From an uncultured delta proteobacterium (GTDB taxonomy: Bacteria > Desulfobacterota > Desulfomonilia > Desulfomonilales > Desulfomonilaceae), in NCBI GenBank assembly GCA_963789265.1, contig CAWBKB010000006.1, forward strand, positions 224,001-288,000: 64,000 nt of DNA. The letters run 5' to 3'. Positions 60,080 to 64,000 of the stretch are shown here, piece after piece (within the stretch, counting starts at the first letter, position 1; each line of letters begins with the position of its first letter). A program made the translations under genes and the position numbers. The notes under the pieces were generated by a model, which was not told the origin of the DNA, did not search any database, and saw only the letters and a list, made by a program, of their open reading frames with translations.

Positions 60080-61198
60080 TCAAGACAGCCCGGCCGAGAC
60101 CCGGCCGGGCTTGTCAGTTGTCATGAAATCGCACGAATATCCCGCACAGAGCATACTGTATCTGCCAATCAGTTCCAGTGTTATGAGGCCGCTTATTTCA
60201 CCTGCCTTGAGTATAGGCACCGCTTTACTGCCACTTGCCTGAATCTTTTCAAGAATCTCTACTAGAGGAGTTTCCTCTGACGCCGTGGGAAAGTCGCCGG
60301 TCATCGCCTCAGATACGAGGCAAGAGGGTCCCTTCTTGTGCAGAGCATTGATGAGCCCGTCCCTCGTAATTAAACCGACCACCCGGTGATCTTCGACAAC
60401 CGGAAAATCTTCCTGAAACCCTCGGCAATAACGTTCGGCCACGACTCCCACTGTATCGCGCGGAGACAGGACATCTATACCGCTGACCATGGCGGCTCTA
60501 GCAGTTACCCCTTTGAGTGGCAACACGGCCCCCAGATGTCGCTCTTCGGCTTCAGCACCCATGTACACGAACAGTGCTATCAGGATCATGAAGATGTTCA
60601 TGGAAAGCAGGCCAATAAAGAACAGGCCGATAGCCAGGACCTGCCCGATTCCCACCGCGATTCGTGTCGCAGTCATGGGGCTCATGTACAGTCCCAGAAA
60701 TCCTCGAAGAACACGTCCCCCATCCATAGGAAAAGCGGGTATCAGGTTGAAAACGGCCAAGACAAAATTCACTAAGGCAAGTTCAGCGAGAAGATTCCCG
60801 TGGACCGACACGTGCCAGAAACTAAGGCCGTATCCCAGCAGGTCTGAAAGGAACCAAAGAGAAATAGCCAGCACCAAACTCGACGCGGGACCTGCCGCAG
60901 ATATCAGGAGTTCCTGCCGCGGGTCCTCCGGAGTTACAGGCATTCGTGCCACGCCCCCTATGGGAAGCAGCGTGATGTCCACGACCTCGATTCCATAATG
61001 GCGAGCGACCATCGCGTGGCTCAGCTCGTGGAATACCACCGACGCAAAAATCAGTGCGACGAAGATCAAACCGCGTAGTCCGCCGATCCCTATTATTGAC
61101 CCTCCGACAAAGTAGACAATGAGCAACAACAACAAAAACGTGACGTGTACCCTGAGAGGTATTCCCAGGATGGAGCCAATTTTATATGACCATTTCAT
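60080..61198 (-). CDS. Site-2 protease (M50) with CBS domains
   Basis: HELSH, AAGP and FNLIPAFPMDGG motifs; C-terminal CBS pair. Confidence 0.92.
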   Translation of the reverse strand: MKWSYKIGSILGIPLRVHVTFLLLLLIVYFVGGSIIGIGGLRGLIFVALIFASVVFHELSHAMVARHYGIEVVDITLLPIGGVARMPVTPEDPRQELLISAAGPASSLVLAISLWFLSDLLGYGLSFWHVSVHGNLLAELALVNFVLAVFNLIPAFPMDGGRVLRGFLGLYMSPMTATRIAVGIGQVLAIGLFFIGLLSMNIFMILIALFVYMGAEAEERHLGAVLPLKGVTARAAMVSGIDVLSPRDTVGVVAERYCRGFQEDFPVVEDHRVVGLITRDGLINALHKKGPSCLVSEAMTGDFPTASEETPLVEILEKIQASGSKAVPILKAGEISGLITLELIGRYSMLCAGYSCDFMTTDKPGRVSAGLS

Positions 61199-61434
61199 TA
61201 GCCTGCCTCCATGGAGCGAGATCTCTCGACGGATCCTCAGATGGCCGCGAGAGCGTTCCGCACTCCCATTAAAGAGTCAAAAGAATAATCATTCCTCTTC
61301 ATTATCCGTCCAAAAGCTCTCGGCACAACTGAATGCTGGCGTTAACCTATTCTTTACCATAGATTAGCGCCCTGGTCTCTCTTTGCAAACAGAACAATTT
61401 TGTAGTACGCTTTCATTCGGCGAACTCTTGTGCA

Positions 61435-61716
61435 CTGATACCAGTGCGCCATCAAACAAGTGACAATCCCCGCGACGATATGGTGGGGCATCCCGTGCGG
61501 AACGCGGGACTGCCTGCCCCGCGTTCCGCGGGATCACCCCGGACTTCGATCCGGGCTATGTGGGGGCGGACCCGCGTGTCCGCCCGGGGCAGACACATAG
61601 GTCTGCCTCTACAATTGATGCCCGCGTACGCGGGCATGACGACATGTAAGGACGGGTTTGAAACCCGCCCCTACCAGGAACACGGTGTCACTTGTTTGAA
61701 AGCTAATCGGTATGAG
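61435..61716. mobile_element. MITE of about 280 bp (imperfect 31-bp termini CTGATACCAGTGCGCCATCAAACAAGTGACA / TGTCACTTGTTTGAAAGCTAATCGGTATGAG) filled with REP hairpins
   Basis: Reverse-complement homologue at 63080-63339. Confidence 0.8.
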
Positions 61717-61722
61717 GTTACC

Positions 61723-62966
61723 GTGATTGCAATTGGTGAAGCGCAACGCAAAGTGTTGGAAGCGGTCCCCGTCCTGGGAAGGGAGAGGGTCTACATAGTA
61801 GAGGCTCTGGGACGCGTCCTCGCGCAGGACGTGCCCGCCAAACGTGATGTTCCTGCCGCCGACAACTCCGCGATGGATGGATATTCCTGCCGCTATGAAG
61901 ATGTCGCAGGTGCCGACTCGGCCAATCCGGCGAAATTGCGCATAATAGGCGATTCCCCGGCCGGGAGGCCCTACTATGGCACAGTTGGGGCAGGCGAAGC
62001 AGTCCGTATCATGACCGGCGGGCTGATTCCATCCGGAGCTGATACAGTGATCATGGTCGAATACACCCGCACGGAGGGTGAGTACGTGTACTCTGTTTCT
62101 GCGATCCCGGTCCGGGCGCACATATCCGATTGCACGGCGAAGACGTAAAAGCCGAAGAGATCGTGCTGTCCGTGGGAGACATCATCAGACCGCCGGAAGT
62201 CGGGATGCTGGCCACGCTCGGCCATGCCTACGTTCACGTCTATCAACGACCGGTTGTGGCCATTCTGTCTACCGGCGACGAACTGGTTGATCTGGACGAG
62301 CCATTCACCGATGGGAAGGTAGTATGTTCCAACGGTTACAGCCTGGCCGCTCAGGTGCTAGAATGTGGCGCCATTCCCCTTTCCCTTGGAATAGCCTCCG
62401 ACGATGAAGCAGATCAGCGCTCTCGCATATCAGACGGGCTGAGAGCCGATGTCATAATCACATCCGGTGGCGTATCGGTGGGAAAATACGACCTGGTTAA
62501 AGATGCTCTCTCAAAATTAGGTATGAAAGTGAAGTTCTGGAAGGTTGCGATGAAACCGGGCAAGCCGCTGGTGTTCGGCACAATCGGCAACAAACCCGTA
62601 TTTGGCCTGCCGGGAAATCCCACATCGGCCATGATTTCTTTCGAGCAGTTTGTGAGACCCGCTCTGCTGAAAATGATGGGTCACGTGCGGCTTTTCAGGC
62701 CGCTAATAGAAGCGACACTGGGGGAGAATGTGGAGATCCGGTCGAATCGTCTCCACCTGGTAAGGTGCAAACTCTTTGAACGGGACGGAACCGTGACTGC
62801 GGTGGCCGCCGGTACTCAGAGTTCCGGGGCCCTCCGATCAATGGTCCTGGCTGATGGATTGATGATTCTCCCGCCGGAGGACGCCCCATTTTCAGCAGGG
62901 CACCGCGTACGGGTGCAAGTATTGCATACAAACAGCCCCCTCACCCCACAATCACCATATTCCTGA
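61723..62966 (+). pseudogene. moeA: Molybdopterin molybdenumtransferase MoeA; 2-bp frameshift at about 62088, probably an assembly error
   Basis: ALGRVLA, NSAMDGY, IMTGG; after correction HIRLHGEDV, STGDEL, TSGGVSVG, KPGKP and GLPGNP. Confidence 0.9.
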
Positions 62967-63032
62967 GGCCTTGAACGAGCAACCGGCGAAACAAGGCTAT
63001 AAGAGCATGCATTGGGTTTCAAGCAAATTAAT

Positions 63033-63373
63033 GTCGTTGCAAGGAGCATAGTGACGAAGCAATCTCAGCTATGTGGGGACTCATACCGATTCGCTTTCAA
63101 ACAGGTGACATGGTGTTTCCGGTAGGGGCGGGTTTCAAACCCGCCCTTACATGTCGTCATGCAAGCGTACAAGGGCATCACCTGTAGGGGCACCTCTCGT
63201 GGGTGCCCGAAAGAGGGCAGACACAAGGTCGGCCCCTACATCCCCGGATCGAAGTCCGGGGTGATCCCGCGTTCCGGGCGGGATGCCCCACTATATGCTG
63301 TCTAAGATTGTCACTTGTTTGATGGCGCATTGGTATCAGTCGATGAGATTGCTTCGGTTCGCTCGCAATGACA
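63033..63373. repeat. GTC(G)TTGC..GAAGCAATCTC / GAGATTGCTTCG..CGCAATGAC palindromic unit split by a nested MITE
   Basis: Left arm 63033-63066 and right arm 63345-63373. Confidence 0.7.
63080..63339. mobile_element. MITE of about 260 bp, inverted homologue of 61435-61716
   Basis: CTCATACCGATTCGCTTTCAAACAGGTGACA ... TGTCACTTGTTTGATGGCGCATTGGTATCAG. Confidence 0.8.
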
Positions 63374-64000
63374 CTCGGAGGAGTTGATCGTTCTCTTCCG
63401 CGCGACCGTAAGGACCGGCTATGAAAGACCTGTACTCTTTGATTTTCTGGAGTAGGGAAGGGTAACTGATCTCAAGGATCTGAGCAGCTTGGGAGCGGTT
63501 TCCGCCGGTGCGATTCAATGCCCGGGCTATGAGATTCTTTTCCAGAATCTTGGAGGCCTTCTTGAGTGATAAGGTTTCTTCTGCGCTCGGCAGCACGGGG
63601 ACCTGGGCAGCAGAAGTACGAATATCGTGTGGAATACATTCCAGAGTGATCACGTTCCCGTCCGCAAGTATCATCGCTCTTTCTACGACATTTTGAAGCT
63701 CCCGCACATTCCCCTTCCAGGGGCAATTCAACAAGGCTTCTTTGGCCTCACGGCTGATCTGTCTGATTGCGAGGCCCATCTTTCTGTTGAAAATCTCCAC
63801 GAAGTGCTCCACCAGAGGAATGATATCTTCTTTTCGATCTCGTAGCGGTGGAAGCGCAATGCGCACGACATTTAGACGATAGAACAGATCTTTCCTGAAA
63901 CGACCACCTTCCAGGGCCACCTCCAGGTCCTGATTTGTGGCGGCAAGGATTCTTACGGAGACGTGCCGGTCCACGGTCTCACCCACTCGTCGCATTTCAC
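63336..64000 (-). CDS. Sigma-54-dependent (NtrC-type) activator, C-terminal part; gene starts beyond the window
   Basis: RILAATNQDL, FRKDLFYRLNV, WKGNVREL and a Fis-type HTH; the true stop is probably at 63419-63421 if one extra base at about 63431 is removed. Confidence 0.92.
   Translation of the reverse strand, partial: EMRRVGETVDRHVSVRILAATNQDLEVALEGGRFRKDLFYRLNVVRIALPPLRDRKEDIIPLVEHFVEIFNRKMGLAIRQISREAKEALLNCPWKGNVRELQNVVERAMILADGNVITLECIPHDIRTSAAQVPVLPSAEETLSLKKASKILEKNLIARALNRTGGNRSQAAQILEISYPSLLQKIKEYRSFIAGPYGRAEENDQLLRVSLRANRSNLID

Noticed and set aside
61444..61722. Long N-terminal extension of MoeA in the ORF track
   Set aside because: It is a chance open frame through the MITE; MoeA homology starts at GTG 61723.
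63336..63431. Sigma-54 activator C-terminus apparently extended into a repeat and terminated by a MITE end
   Set aside because: Deleting one base at about 63431 gives a normal ...KEYGLS* ending; probably an assembly error.
297..63845. Numerous antisense and overlapping ORFs in the six-frame track
   Set aside because: They overlap well-supported genes or repeats and show no motifs, as expected for shadow ORFs in GC-rich DNA.

Overview
64-kb stretch of a bacterial chromosome. The gene content (Mop-type aldehyde oxidoreductase, TusE/DsrC, TrpB2, sigma-54 activator, Feo with a DtxR-type regulator) suggests an anaerobic deltaproteobacterium; this is inference only. From left to right: (1) 0.1-16.3 kb, a LIV-type ABC transporter with two tandem binding proteins and a complete acyl-CoA/beta-oxidation module around a PadR regulator, whose three catabolic promoters share the motif CTTGACATATATAC. 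(2) 20.5-36.6 kb, a LysR-divergent catabolic cluster of unknown substrate: two phytoene-dehydrogenase-like flavoproteins around a small ORF, an SDR, a split two-subunit PEP-synthase-like kinase, NIPSNAP/ABM-like barrels, a Mop-type aldehyde oxidoreductase, TusE, a cysteine desulfurase and a Mo/W-bisPGD enzyme. (3) 36.9-39.1 kb, a complete IS1595-family element with 25-bp inverted repeats and an 8-bp target duplication. It carries a HEPN-like passenger gene and sits inside a MITE whose intact copy lies at 49.3 kb. (4) 39.5-64 kb, mixed housekeeping genes (MscS, phosphomannomutase, eukaryote-type UGPase, trpB2, flippase, glycosyltransferase, Smr, feoAB, DtxR-FeoA, nnr, S2P protease, moeA, partial sigma-54 activator). 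Many intergenic gaps hold nested REP/MITE mosaics. Seven genes carry small frameshifts that are most simply read as insertions and are probably assembly errors. No tRNA, rRNA or CRISPR array was recognised.
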